A stretch of 64,000 nt of DNA from the human T2T-CHM13v2.0 reference genome, Homo sapiens, in the NCBI RefSeq assembly GCF_009914755.1, contig NC_060939.1, one strand, 5' to 3'. The notes under the pieces were generated by a model, which was given only the letters and a program-made list of their open reading frames with translations, had not been told where the DNA came from and did no database searches. Positions 13,120 to 26,019 of this stretch are shown piece after piece. Position 1 is the first letter of the stretch. Each line of letters begins with the position of its first letter. Both the position numbers and the translations under genes were made by a program.

Positions 13120-15232
13120 CTGACAGAGAGTGTTGAGGTTTCCAACTATAATAATGAATTAATCTCTTTCTGTTTGCAGTTATATCAGTTTTGGCCTTAA
13201 ATAGTTTGACATTCTGTTGTTAGGCACTTAAATCCTTTAAGAATTATTATGTTGTACTGGAGAACTGACCCCTTCATCTTTGTGTAATGCCCGTCTTTAT
13301 TTTTAGTGACTTTCCTTGCTTGAAGACTTCTCTGTCTGTAATTCATGCAGCGACTCTTCCTTTATTTGATAAGTAAGTGTTAGCCTAGGCTATTTTGTTT
13401 CATCTATTTCCTTTAAGTGTATACATGTCTTTAGATTTCATAGATTTTACTTAACATCATTTAGTTGGGGGTTGACTTTATTGATCTACACTGACATTCT
13501 CAGTTCTTTGATTGATGCTTTAGACTATTGACAACCAATGGAGTTGGATTAATATCAACCATATGTGTTACTGTTTTTGATTTGTTGCCCTTGTTCTTTC
13601 TTCCCGTTTTTGTACTTCACTTATTTTCTGTGTTTTGTGGTTTTAATTGAGAATTTTATGCAATTCTGTTTTCTCTCCATTCTTAGCATATCAATTATAT
13701 AACTTTTTTTTTTTTTTTTTTTTACTATTTTAGTGGTTGCCTTATGGAGTAAAACTTCCATTTTTCATATTCTTAATTTAGTCTCACAGATAATGGTTTC
13801 CAGAAAATAATAATAGCACAGATGTATTTGATTAGGCATGGTTATATCTGCATGTTATGCGTATATAAATATACATGTATATGTGTATGTGTACTCACGT
13901 AAAAGTGAAATGAATGACAGCACTAATAGGGAGAACAAAAGAGGTAAGATTATTTTGTTATTCTAAGATCTTCACACTATCTGTGAGCGATACAGTGTTT
14001 TTTGAAAAGTATCTTGGATTCATTTTAAATGTAATATTGCAAACTCTGGGTAAGGGTTTTGGGCCAAGGGCCTCAGTTCCTTGCTGGCTTTGGCCTGTTT
14101 CTGCATTCAGTTTCCTCCCATGTTGGCTTCTCCCTTATGGCAAATGTTCCATCAAAGTCACCAAGGGAGGGACTTTGCTAGCAACACAAGAATCACAATC
14201 TAATGTAACATAATCATCCTACTAATGTCCAATCACCATTGTAGTATTCTGTTGATTTTAAGCAACTCACAGTTTCTGACTACATTCTTTAGAAGGAATT
14301 AAAATACAAAGTTACTTATCAACTTTACTTATGCTTAGAAGTGGGAGTCATTGAGTGCCATCTTAGGTTCTACCTACCATATCTGATCTTCTCCAATATG
14401 AAATAGTTTTTCAGTCTTCACTTATTTTCTATTACCTTGACCCTTTTGACAAGGACTGCTAGTCAGTTCTATTGTAAAATTTCCCACAATATGAATTTGT
14501 CTGATGTCTTCTCATAATTAGACTAGGGATATGGATTAAATTCAATGTTTTCAATATTTATATTTATTTAAGTTTAAAGAGAAGAGACTAAACAATATAG
14601 TATTTATATATACAAACATACAGGAAAAATGAATATAAGAAAATTAGAGATTGACAAAGATAATCCATAATAATAGTTACCTTCAGCTGTTAACAAAGAT
14701 GATGAAATTCAGGAGATACATTCAGGGGGCATCAATGATATTGTTAATGTTCTTTTTGTTTTATAAGCTCAGCAAAGGCTTAAAATAAAATAGATTTTTG
14801 AAATTTAAGAATAGTTTTAGATTTACAGAGCAGTTCAAAATATAATACATAGAGTTTCCACAGACTCCATACACCATGTTCCTGAATAACCCCCTTACAT
14901 TAGTGTGGGATATTAGTCACAATGAACCAACCGATATTACACTATTATTAGCTATCCACACGTTATTCAGATTGATTTAGTTGTCATTTAATGTCGAGTT
15001 TCTATTCCAGGATCCTATCCAGGGTACCTCATTACATTTACAATTCATGCTCCTTAATCAACTTTGACTGTGACAATTTCTCCAAGTTTCCATGATTGCT
15101 ATGACATTGGTGTTCCTAATTTGGGATTTCTCTAGTGTTTCTTTCCCGATTAGACTGGATTGTAGGTTTCAGGGAGGAAGACCACAGAGGGAAAGTGCCA
15201 TTCTCATCACATCCTGTTAACAGTACGGACTG
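13120..15232. mobile_element. Composite of old L1M fragments and an MLT1 piece (module B, copy 1)
   Basis: Antisense L1M (ttccaactataat...), a sense L1 piece at ~13800-14050, antisense MLT1 at ~14060-14380 and an L1MC-type 3' end at 14790-15232. The same order recurs at 48500-52880. Confidence 0.6.
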
Positions 15233-15234
15233 TA

Positions 15235-16059
15235 ACATGCTTTATGCAAATGGAGGCAGGGTGAGATCACAGGACCGCAGGACAGAGGCAAAATTAAAAT
15301 TGCTAATGAAGTTTCAGGCACGCATTGTCATTGATAACATCTTATCAGGAGACAGAGTTTGAGAGCAGACAACCGGTCTGACCAAAATTTATTAGGCGGG
15401 AATTTCCTCCTCCTAATAAGCCTAGGAGCACTGTGGGAGACTGGGGCTTATTTCATCCCTACAGCTTCAACCATAAAAGACGCCCGTCCCTGAAGCGGCC
15501 ATTTTAGAGGCCTACCCTCAGGGATGCATTCTCTTTCTCAGGGATGTTCCTTGCTGAGAAAAAGAATTCAGTGATATTTCTCCCATTTGCTTTTAAAAGA
15601 AGAGAAATATGGCTCTGTTCCACCCAGCTCACTGGCAGTCAGAGTTTAAGGTTATCTCTCTTGTTCCCTGAACATTGCTGTTACCCTGTTCTTTTTTCAA
15701 GGTGCTCAGATTTCATATTGTTCAAACACACATGCTCTACCAACACTTTGTGCAGTTAATGCAATCATCACAGGGTCCTGGGGTGACATACATCCTCCTC
15801 AGTTTAGGAATATGATGAGATTAAGAGATTAAAGTAAAGACAGGCATAGGAAATCACAAGGGTATTGATTGGGGAAGTGATAAGTGTCCATGAAATCTTC
15901 ACAATTTATGTTCAGAGATTTCAGAAAAGACAGGTGTAAGAAATTATAAAAGTCTGAATTTGGGGAACTAATAAATATCTATGAAATCTTCACAATCCCT
16001 GTTCTTCTGCCATGGCTTCAGCTGGTCCCTCGGTTCAGGGTCCCTGACTTCCCGCAACA
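15235..16059 (-). mobile_element. MER11 (HERV-K11/HML-8) LTR, 3'-truncated
   Basis: The minus strand begins TGTTGCGGGAAGTCAGGGACCCTGAACCGAGGGACCAGCTGAAGCCATGGCAGAAGAAC, the MER11 5' end. Confidence 0.9.
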
Positions 16060-16084
16060 TCTCTCCTTCTCACATAGTAGATAA

Positions 16085-17700
16085 ACAGACACAGGGTACA
16101 TGATATGTTTTGGTACAGGCATGTAATACGAAATAAGCACACATCATGGAGAATTGGACATCTATCTCTATAAGCATTTATCCTTTGTGTTACAAACAGT
16201 TCAATTATACTTTTTATGTTTTGTAAAAATATACAATTATTATTGACTTTCATAGTTATCCTGTTAATGCTGTCAAACAGTTTGTTTTATTCATTCTTTC
16301 TATTTGTTTTGTAACCATTAAACATCCCTACCTTCCCGCAGCCCCCTGCTACCATTCCCAGCCTCTGTTAACCATCCTTCTACTCTCTATGTCCATGAGT
16401 TCAACTGTTTTGATTTTTAGAACCCACAAATCAGTGACAACATGTGATATTTGTCTTTCTGTGCCTGGTTTATTTCACTGAAGATAGTGATCTCCAGTTT
16501 TATCCTTGTTGTTGCAAATGACTGGGTCTCTTTATTTTTTATGGCTTACTAGTACTCCACTGTTTATATGCACCATATGTTCTTTATCCAATCATCTGTT
16601 GATGGACACTTAGATTACTTCCAAATCTTAGCTGTTGTAAACAGTGCTGCAACAAGCATAGGAGTGCAGATATCTCATTGACATACTGATTTCCTTTCTT
16701 TGGGGTATATATCCAGCAGTAGGCTGCTGGATATATTTGGTAGCTCGATTTTAGTTTTCTGAGGAACCTCCAAACTGTTCTCCATAGTGGTTGTGCTAAT
16801 TTATGTTCCCACCAACAGTGTACAAGGGTTGCTTTTCTTCACATCCTCACCAGCATTTGTTATTACCTGTCTTTTGGATAAAAGCTATTTTATATGGGGT
16901 GAGATGAAATGCAAAAAATTGTAGTTTCGATTTGCATTTCTCTGATGATTAATGATTTTGAGCACCTTTTCATATGCTTGTTTGCCATTTGTATGTCTTT
17001 TGAGAAATGTTTATTCCAATATTTTGTCCTTTTTTGGTTGGATTATTTGACTTTTTTCCTATAGGGTTGTTTGAGCTGCCTATATATTCTAGTTATTAAT
17101 CCATCAGATGGGTAGTTTGCAGATATTTTTTCCCATTCTGTGGATTGTCACTTCACTTTGTTGATTATATCCTATGCTGTGCAGGAGCTTTTAACTTGAT
17201 ATGATCTCATTTGCCCATTTTTGCATTGGTTGCGTATGCTTGTGGGATATTGCTCAAGAAATTTTCTCCTAGACCAACATACTGGAGAGTTTCCTTAATG
17301 TTTTCTTGTAGTACTTTCATAGTTGGAGGTCTTCAATTTAAATCTTTAATCCTTTTGATTTGATTTTTTGCATACAGTGAGAGACAGAGTTCTAGTTTCA
17401 TTCTTCTGCATATGGATAACCAGTTTTCCCAGCACCATTTATTTAAGAGACTGGCTTTTTCCCCAGTGTGCCTTCTTGGCAACTTTGTCGAAAATGAGAT
17501 AACTATAGGGTTGTGGATTTGTTCCTTGGTTTTCTATTCTGTTCCATAGGTCTATATGGGTATTTTTATTCCAATACCTTGCTGTTTCATTTACTATAGC
17601 TCTCTAGTATAATTGGAAGTCAGGTAATGTAATTCCTCTAGTTTTGTTCTTTCTGCTTAAGATAGCTATGGCTATTCTGGGTCTTTTGTTGTTCCATATC
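16085..17700 (-). mobile_element. L1MA-type 3' fragment (3' UTR and end of ORF2)
   Basis: Antisense L1MA 3' UTR (ggtacatgatatgttttggtacaggcatgtaat). ORF2 remnant [30 protein letters not shown]. Confidence 0.85.
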
Positions 17701-19738
17701 CTTAACACAATTTTGATTACTATTGCTTTTGTAGTATGTTTTGAAATCAGAAAGTAGCATTTTACTACACAAACTTTGTTCTTTTTCAAAATTATTTTGT
17801 CTGTTCTGGAATTCTATTGCATTATATATGAATTTTAGAGTAAAATTGTCAATTAGGGGAGAAAATGTCACCTAGGATTTAGCTAGGGATTGCATTAGAT
17901 ATATTTGGAAAGTACCAGCAAGCTAATGATACTAAGCTTTCTAATCAGTGAAAGCTCAATGTATTTAATTTATAATAGTATTAATTTGTTTGATATGTTT
18001 TGTAGTCCTCAGTATATGTGTCTTATACTTATTTTATTAAATTAATTCATAGGTATTTAACTTTTATGCCATTTTACATGAAATGGTTTTTGAAATTTTG
18101 TTTTTAGATTGTTAATTGCTAATAAATAAAAATACAGTTGATTTTGTATATTGACCTGTACTAAGCTGTACTACAAGCTTGCTTATCCCTTTTTTCATAT
18201 TTTGTTATGTTTTATTAGAGTTTTTATGATGTCTATAGGCAGGATCATGTCATATGGAGACATAATTTGACTTTCCTTCCAATCTGACTTTTTTATATTT
18301 ATTTTCTACACCAATTACCTTGGCCACATCCTCCAATACAGTAGTGAATAAAACTATGAAAGGTAATATCCTTCTCTTGTTTCTAATTTTACAAGAAAGT
18401 GTTTGAGCTTCTCAGAACATTTAGGATGTCATGTGAGGTTGTCTGTGCTTTCATTGTGAGGAAATTTTTCTTATTTGCCTAACTTGTTGCATGCTTTTAT
18501 AAGGAATGAAATTTCAATTTAGCAGGTGCTTATTGCTCATCTTTTAAGATGACCATGTGTATTGTGTCCCTTATCTCTTAATATAGTTTATGGCACTAAT
18601 TCTTTTTGTATGTTGAGCCAAATTTGCCTTTGTAAGATGTATACCTTCGTCAAAATTTATAAAGTTTTACATGTCTGTTATTTGTTTTGATAGTATTTCC
18701 TTTAATTTTTGTGTTTATGTTCATAAGTCATATTGATCATAGTTTTTCTTCAGTAACTTTTTCTAGCTTTGGTATGAGGCTGATAATTCACATTGGAAAG
18801 TGATCCATTCTTCACTGGTGTTCTTACTGTTTTTTATGTGAAAGGTCTAAATTTATTTAGCACAAATAGAATTGAACACATAAAAAGGAGAAAAAAATGT
18901 ACATTTTTTCAAGCTAATTTTCAGACTTTGCAAACAATTATATTGTATAAGTGAATAAAACCAAATGAGAGTAGTAAAGAGATGTAATTGGGCTTCATAG
19001 ATGGAGATTTACAATACACTAGAAAGGGAGAGAGAAAGGTGGGTGATAAATTACTCTTTTTAATATGATTTTCACTATTTTGCATATTTCTTTCTTTAAA
19101 TACACTACCTACAAGTATAGACAAAGATGAAAATATGGGTTGACAAACAGGTGCTCATTAATTAGAAGAAATACAAAATTTAAATTCTGGTATTTCATTA
19201 AGGCCAATTTAGTTTGTATGCTCAGGAGACCTAACATGTAGACATTTGATGTGACACATTTTGTGAGTCTTTATAAATATCTATAAAAAATAGAATATCA
19301 GAGTTTTTAAAAACTTAAAAGTTGAAAAAAACAAGGATTTAAATATTATTATTAAAGTTGTTACCTATTCCCAGATGAGGACTTAGAAAAACAAACAGTT
19401 GGCAAACCAGTGCAGCAGGTGACTTCCGTGAAGCCAGAGGCACACCCTGGGAACTGGGCTGTTGCTGGAGCCGACACTGCTGTGCTGCACATGTGGCTGC
19501 CACCAGTTTCCTCCCTCTCTGGGAAGTGGAATTTGAATTGCAGGTGCTGATGGCTGATGGACGGAGGGACAAGACCACATTATCTCAAAATCCTTGGCTG
19601 GGTTGCTTGCTCCTCATTTCACTGCTAGGTGCCACAGGCTTGGGTTTACTGTTTATTTATTGTAAAATATATGATAAATTGGTATTAATTATTTGAAGAT
19701 GTAAAATCATTCACTGCTGATGTCTTCTTGCCCTAGTC
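17700..19738 (-). mobile_element. Old L1M ORF2 fragment (module C, copy 1), interrupted at 18833-19645
   Basis: Degenerate antisense ORF2 collinear with 41480-42700 and 60300-60890. It resumes at 19646 after the insert. Confidence 0.65.
18833..19645 (-). pseudogene. 5'-truncated processed retrocopy of an unidentified mRNA 3' end
   Basis: TSD TTACTGTTT at 18824-18832 and 19646-19654. Minus-strand AATAAA at 18852-18857 lies 16 nt before a short A run. The segment is absent from the paralogs near 42610 and 60800. Confidence 0.65.
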
Positions 19739-19742
19739 AGGA

Positions 19743-20063
19743 TTTTTTTTTTTTTTTCAGAGATAGGGTCTCACTCTAGATCCAGGCTGGAGCACAGTGG
19801 CATGAATGTAGCTCACTGCAGACTTGAATTCCTGGGATCAAGCAATCCTTTTGCCTCAGCCACTTGAGTAGCTGGGGCCACAGGCACATGCCACCATTTC
19901 TGGCTAATCTGTTTTCTTCTTTTTTTTCTTTCTTTTTTTTTTTGGTAGAAACAGGTTCTCCCTATGTTGCCCAAGCTGGTCCTGAACCCCTAGCCTCAAG
20001 TAATCCTCCTGCTTCAACCTACCAAAGCATTGGGATTACAAGTTTGACCCACCATGGTCAGTC
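19743..20063 (-). mobile_element. AluJ
   Basis: Diverged full antisense Alu with J-type motifs. Confidence 0.88.
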
Positions 20064-20064
20064 C

Positions 20065-20283
20065 AGGGTAGGAAATGGAATCTTAACAACTATCACACGA
20101 GCTTTGAGGGGATCCTTCTCCAGATGAGCCTTCAGTTGGGACCTCAGCCGTGGACATCATCTACATCTGGATTCCTGACCCAGAGCAACTGTAAGTAATG
20201 TGTGTGTGATTTTGAGCCACCACACTATGTGGCAATTTGTTGTGCAGCAACTGATAACTAATACAAAAGATAATACGTTTAGT
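20065..20283 (+). mobile_element. MLT1 MaLR LTR 3' part (copy 1 of 3)
   Basis: GATCCTTCTCCAGATGAGCCTTCAG...CTGGATTCCTGACCCAGAGCAACTGTAAG...GCAGCAACTGATAACTAATACA. Confidence 0.75.
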
Positions 20284-20557
20284 TTATAATACTACCCTGG
20301 ATTAGATTCTAGAACAGAAAAATGGCATTACTAGAAAACCTGGTAAATTCTCGAGAAAGTCTGTAGTTCAGTTAATAGTTTTATACCACCATAAATTTAT
20401 TAGTTTTCATAAATACACTATGGGTATATAAATGAGATGTTAATATTCTAGTAAACTCTTGGGTATGTAAAACTAGCTGTACTATGTTTGGATCTTTATG
20501 TATATCAAAATTATTTTAAAATGAAATCTTTGATTATTTATTTTTAATTAAAAGAGT

Positions 20558-20704
20558 CAGGCATACATATGTTATCCCAGCTTCTGGGGAGGCTGGCTTG
20601 GGAGGATTGCTTGAGCCCAGGAGTTCCAGGCTGAAGTGAGCCATGATTGTGTCACTGCACTCCAGCTTGGGAAACAGAGTGAGATCATGACTCAAAAAAA
20701 AAAA
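20558..20704 (+). mobile_element. Alu right-arm monomer (FRAM/AluJ)
   Basis: GGAGGATTGCTTGAGCCCAGGAG...GCACTCCAGCTTGGG followed by an A tail. Confidence 0.8.
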
Positions 20705-21292
20705 GTTGGCCTCAGGAGATGAATGGACATACAGAAAAAAATAGCCAAGCAAATTTCCGCATACATTTACCCTTCCATACATACATCCATCTACTTTAGG
20801 AAGCCAGCATCAAACTCAAGGAACTCTTGTCCATATTTGACCTCCCCATCACACTCTTTATTACCAAGTAACTCGTTTGAGTGTCAGTAACCTCTCTGTT
20901 TTCAGAGATATTTGCCTATGCCTCACATACCCCAGAAAGGCCCATTTTCAGATATCATTTAGGAACATATCTACAGGATCCCACTGAACGTATTTTGGCA
21001 GACAAAGTTTCTGGATGCCAAAGACCAAGATTGAGGAATGTTAGTGACAAGAAATAGAAATTATATTTTCATATTATAATTTTTTTATTAATATAGGCTT
21101 AGTTTTCTAAAGATAATTCTGCCTTCAAGCCTGGTTGGAATTCTGTGATAATTTCTTTTCACTCCACGTTCTCCATCAGGAATTTTATGGAACCTTGTAT
21201 TCTGTTGAATACCAGAATTATATCAGCAATCCCCAAGTCACCAAATGGGCATCATCATGACAGCAGGTGGGTGGAATACAAAAGAAAAAAAA

Positions 21293-21478
21293 ATATATAT
21301 ATATGTATGTATGTGTGTCTATATATATATGTATGTGTATATATATGTGTGTGTTTGTGTGTATATATATGTACATATGTGTATATATGTACATATGTGT
21401 ATATATGTATATATATGTATATATATGTGTGTGTATATGTGTGTGTGTGTGTGTATATATATATGTATATATATATAT
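21293..21478. repeat. Compound (TA)n/(TG)n microsatellite
   Basis: About 185 bp of alternating purine-pyrimidine repeats. Confidence 0.95.
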
Positions 21479-21605
21479 GGTGGTTGGTGGTTTTGGCAGT
21501 TTCTACTTATCTGGACCTGGACAAAAAAATCTTTTCACACCAGATTTTTGGCAGCTGAGATTCCAAATAGATTTTGCACAGGCATGGAAAACTTGATAGA
21601 GGCTA

Positions 21606-21992
<387 letters not shown>

Positions 21993-23262
21993 TACCACAT
22001 AACCCCAACCCTCCACCAGTGATCTAAGAGATAGACACAAGCTGAGTGGTGATTCTGCATATGTGCTGGCTAAACAAAGAATCCCACAGCAGGAAGGACT
22101 CTCCATTCACCCCACACACAACTTCCTGTTCAACATGCTGCTGGACAGCACCAGGGTTCTTTCCAGGGACCATGCCTAAAACCCCACAAAGACATCAGAC
22201 TTCATTCTCCACACCCGTGGCCATGTATAATGTTGATTTGTTTTTTGGTCTATAAACATGGGGTCTATTGTCTACACCACAGTAATAGTGACAGTGAGAA
22301 AATGAGCTCCTGTGACCTAGAAACTTGGAAGAGACATTCAGTTTCATGGATGTTATTTCTCATTCTTAGATGAGGATAACTGTTACTTAGGTGGTGTTAA
22401 TTGAGCACTTGTAATTCAAGAAAACTAACTTCTTTAAGCTCATACTTTATTACTTGAGACATGACAGCTTTCATTTAAGGTTCCCATTTTAAAACATGGT
22501 GAGTGTTTCCATTTATTTCATTTGAACTGGAGATACTATCATACTTTCGTGACTTGTCAAATCCCTTTTTATCTTGATTTCAATGCATGTTTTCTAATCT
22601 ATCATGATGAAGAGTGTGAAGATTGTGCTTCACTAAACCAGGAAGCAATTTAAAAAAAAGCTAGAATGGCAATCCATAAGTTAGACATAAGTAAATGCAT
22701 ACAAGGTGTAACCCACCTTAATGTGGCATATCAGGGAGATGGAGACTGGAGAGATGAGGTTTAAAAGAAAACAGGCACTAAATTCAAAGCTGTGCTAAAT
22801 GATGTCACAGGCACAGATGACATCGTGTGGTGCTCCAAGTTCCCAAACAACCTCTCTGACAGCACAAAAATTATGATTTCCCATAATATACTAAGCTACC
22901 AGGTTTCAGAGTGGCTGTCCTGGACACTGCAATTTTCTAAAACTATCATTGCAAACAAGCCAAATTCCTAGACCCTTTCATGAGGCAAGTACCTAACACT
23001 CTTTCTCCATCCACACTTTAGACTGATTGGAAGTTAGAGTTTAATGGATGGATGGCTCATATAATTGAGAACATGATTTCACGTTCACTTTATTCAGTCT
23101 TCCTGAAGCCTTAAATCTCGGTCAGGGAAACATTCATGTAACCATTACAATTCCGCTTCCTCCTCAACAGATTTCTACGACCATCATTTTTAAAATTATT
23201 TCTACATACGTAAAATAGGGATTTCATTACTCCACTAAAAGCTCTCCATTTTTCATAGTTAG

Positions 23263-23712
23263 CATTCCATGGAGGGCAGGTCTTTGCAAACCTACCACCA
23301 AAATATGAGGAAGCTGAACAGCTGAAGATAGAGGCTGATATAACCAGTCTCTTAGAAAGAAACATTTAGTAGGGATTTATGAACAGATATTTGAGTCTCA
23401 CATAGGACTTATATACCATGGGGAAGGAATGTGTAGGAAAACTGAAGTCTACCTGTCAGGGAAAGGCAGAAATGCCATGGGAATCTAAGCACAGGATTTA
23501 TAGTCATGGTGGTTCTGACCTAAGGGCAGGATTTACAGAAAAATAATGATTTTCACAAGGAACAGTAGACACAATAGAAATCTTATCCCCTAGTTTGCAT
23601 ATAAAGGAAAAAAATATTTATACAGAAAGCTTAGAGGCAGTCCCAGAACAGGGGTTAATCAGAAGTCAACATGGTGAATTAGCTTTCAAGATTGAGTTGT
23701 TTTTGCCTCCAC
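23263..23712 (-). mobile_element. Solo LTR47-family LTR
   Basis: Minus strand GTGGAGGCAAAAACAACTCAATCTTGAAAGCTAATTCACCATGTTGACTTCTGATTAACCCC is homologous to the LTR start at 9499. Confidence 0.65.
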
Positions 23713-23873
23713 TGCTAGGTAGAGGGTAAATGGAGTTGGTCAGCTTATGTGAAAGTATAAGTCTATTTCTTCAATAATATACCACAATACAGAAAATGAG
23801 GTACCCTTGTTTCCAAGTAGTCATTGGCAGTCAGAGAGAAAAGTGCCATATTCCATTCCTCCTATGATACACA

Positions 23874-24530
23874 TGTAACTGAGTGCAGGTCCAGCTGTTC
23901 TATGCATTCAAAAGCAATGACAAGGAGGACTTGCAGGGTGAAAGGAATGTGACTTTATTTTTCAAATCCAGCAGTAGGGAAATGGCTGGATTACACCTCT
24001 ATAAACCAGTTCAAAAGTTTGGGCTGAGGGCAGGGGTTTAAAGAAAGGGAAGCATGATGCATGACGTGGGAGGCATGCAGGTGTTGTGCAGATTCAGGGA
24101 GTCTGTGTCTTACTCCAGTGTGTATCTTGAGTTATGGTCCACCTGGAGCCACAGACTGATACCATCTTGATAGTGCCAGGCCATAGGTATCCATCCTGAG
24201 GCAATCTTTAAGAGAGAGACAATTCCACAGCTGGGCCTTTGTGTTTGGTTCATTTTAAATTAGCCTCTGGTATTTTTTGACAGGTATATAGTTAGATAAG
24301 TATGCATGGTGTGAGTTTCGCCAGCATACAGTTAGATAAATGTGTATAAGGAATGGATGTGTACAGTGGGAAACTGAATGGGGTGTGGTTCCAAAGTATA
24401 TTTCAAGGTTCTACTTGAAGACTAAAGCAATGGCTTCTGCAGTTTGCTTCAAGGTTACATCTTGAGACTGGGAGGAAGAAAAAAAAAGAGCAAGAAGAAA
24501 CTTATTTTGAAGCTATATTACTCAATTACA
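23874..24530 (-). mobile_element. 3' LTR of a class I ERV (MER4 group; MER66/MER73/MER87-like)
   Basis: TGTAA...TTACA inverted termini and an internal AATAAA on the minus strand. It directly follows the end of env. Confidence 0.75.
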
Positions 24531-24599
24531 ATCCTTCACCATAAATGACCATTCCATTTCCAAGGAAAATGGGCAACACAGTCCATCTAACTTCTTCCT

Positions 24600-26000
24600 G
24601 CTGAGAAGGGGCACAGTTAGAGGGTATCAGATTGGAATCTGTTTACCTGGAGTTGGAAATATTCGTGGGTTCCCAGAATAATGTGAGAATGTGTTGGAGC
24701 ATTATAGTGTGGGGACCCAAAAGTTTCTGGGAAAGTTTTTCCTGCATCTCCATACAGATCTTGAAAAGCAACAAAAACTACAGCAACCAAACAGAACAGG
24801 GAGCAGAATACCAATTATACTGTATATGAGAGTCTTCCATGGACCTGGAAGTCGACTAAACCATGACATTGTAGGATCCTGGGAGAGGACATTTATAGCA
24901 GAAATATGAGTATTCAGTGCGTGCATAGCCTGGATTATATCGTGAGAATAATCTGGTGTATATACGCACCATTCAGTCTTAATGCACAAGTATCACACTG
25001 GGCTGCAGTTAGGATATTTAAGGCCATAGGGTTCTATACAGCCACTTGTCTAATCTGCAGGTTTTTTCAGTGGGAAGGGTAACGTTGGGTTAGGTGTTAT
25101 TACTGGCAGCAGCTCTATACTTAGGGTCTCTACTTATAATTCTACATCTATGTTTGCTATCTGGGAGGAAAAGGCAGCTAGTGAGTAGAACCAACAGGGT
25201 GCCCATTTTTGATGGTGTTGTCTGTCCTTCACATTTTCCCAGTGGTCAGGGAGAGAGTCCAGATGGGACAGGATGTGTCCTGGTAGGTAAGGGCACCCCC
25301 AGGTGTACCTGCCAATCCAGCTGTAAGGTAAGTAAGACCAGCTATGACTGCCTCACACCCATAGCTAACTCCAGGAGAAAGGATAGGCCCCACCATGTAG
25401 CTTGATACTATTTTGCCATCCTAGCCACATATGATTAGTCAGTTGATGGGTTTGGCCACATTGCTAAGAGGTAACCATCCCTTAGCCTGGCTGCTAGTGT
25501 GGGGTGTGTTGCTCTTGTGCTTTTGGATGTGTAGAGGTGCCTGACCCATTGCCTGAATTTGCACCATCACCAGCCATCCTATGTTGTCATGTACAGCATA
25601 GTCTATAGAGGGGGTGATATTAACCTGCTTATGAGCCAGATGGAAGATTTGTTTCCAGGTTTCCCCAAAAGTGGAGCACTCATGGTGAGTGGTACTGTAA
25701 TCATAGATGGGAAATGGGTGAGAATTCTTACTCTTGTCCCACGTATAAACATAACTCCAAGTGCTCGAGTTGGTTGCTTGGATGTGCAACGGCAAGTCAG
25801 CAGTGGAGAAAGGGGTATTTCCCCCACAGACCCAGCAGTCTTTTGTTTTGGAGGAGAGCCACTGTCTACACCCATTCAGGTAGTTTCAGCAAAGATCAAG
25901 TATGTACTTATTACTCTAGAACTAATTGAGAACTTCATGTTAACAAAAGTATATTGCTTATATCTCCTCCTTTTTCTCTTATTAATAGCTTCAGAACTTT
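24600..26000 (-). pseudogene. Defective ERV env (SU and TM)
   Basis: CWVC motif at ~25821-25840. Immunosuppressive-domain-like stretch ending MALNILTAAQ at ~25000-25045, followed by IKTEWCVYTPDYSH and a hydrophobic TM segment (ORF 24702-24989). Confidence 0.85.
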
Positions 26001-26019
26001 CCTTTGCACACATAACCAG

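Noticed and set aside
22130-22200. Possible fourth copy of the promoter-like core (ATGCTGCTGGACA...CCAGGGACCATGCC)
   Set aside because: The similarity is too short to distinguish from chance by eye.
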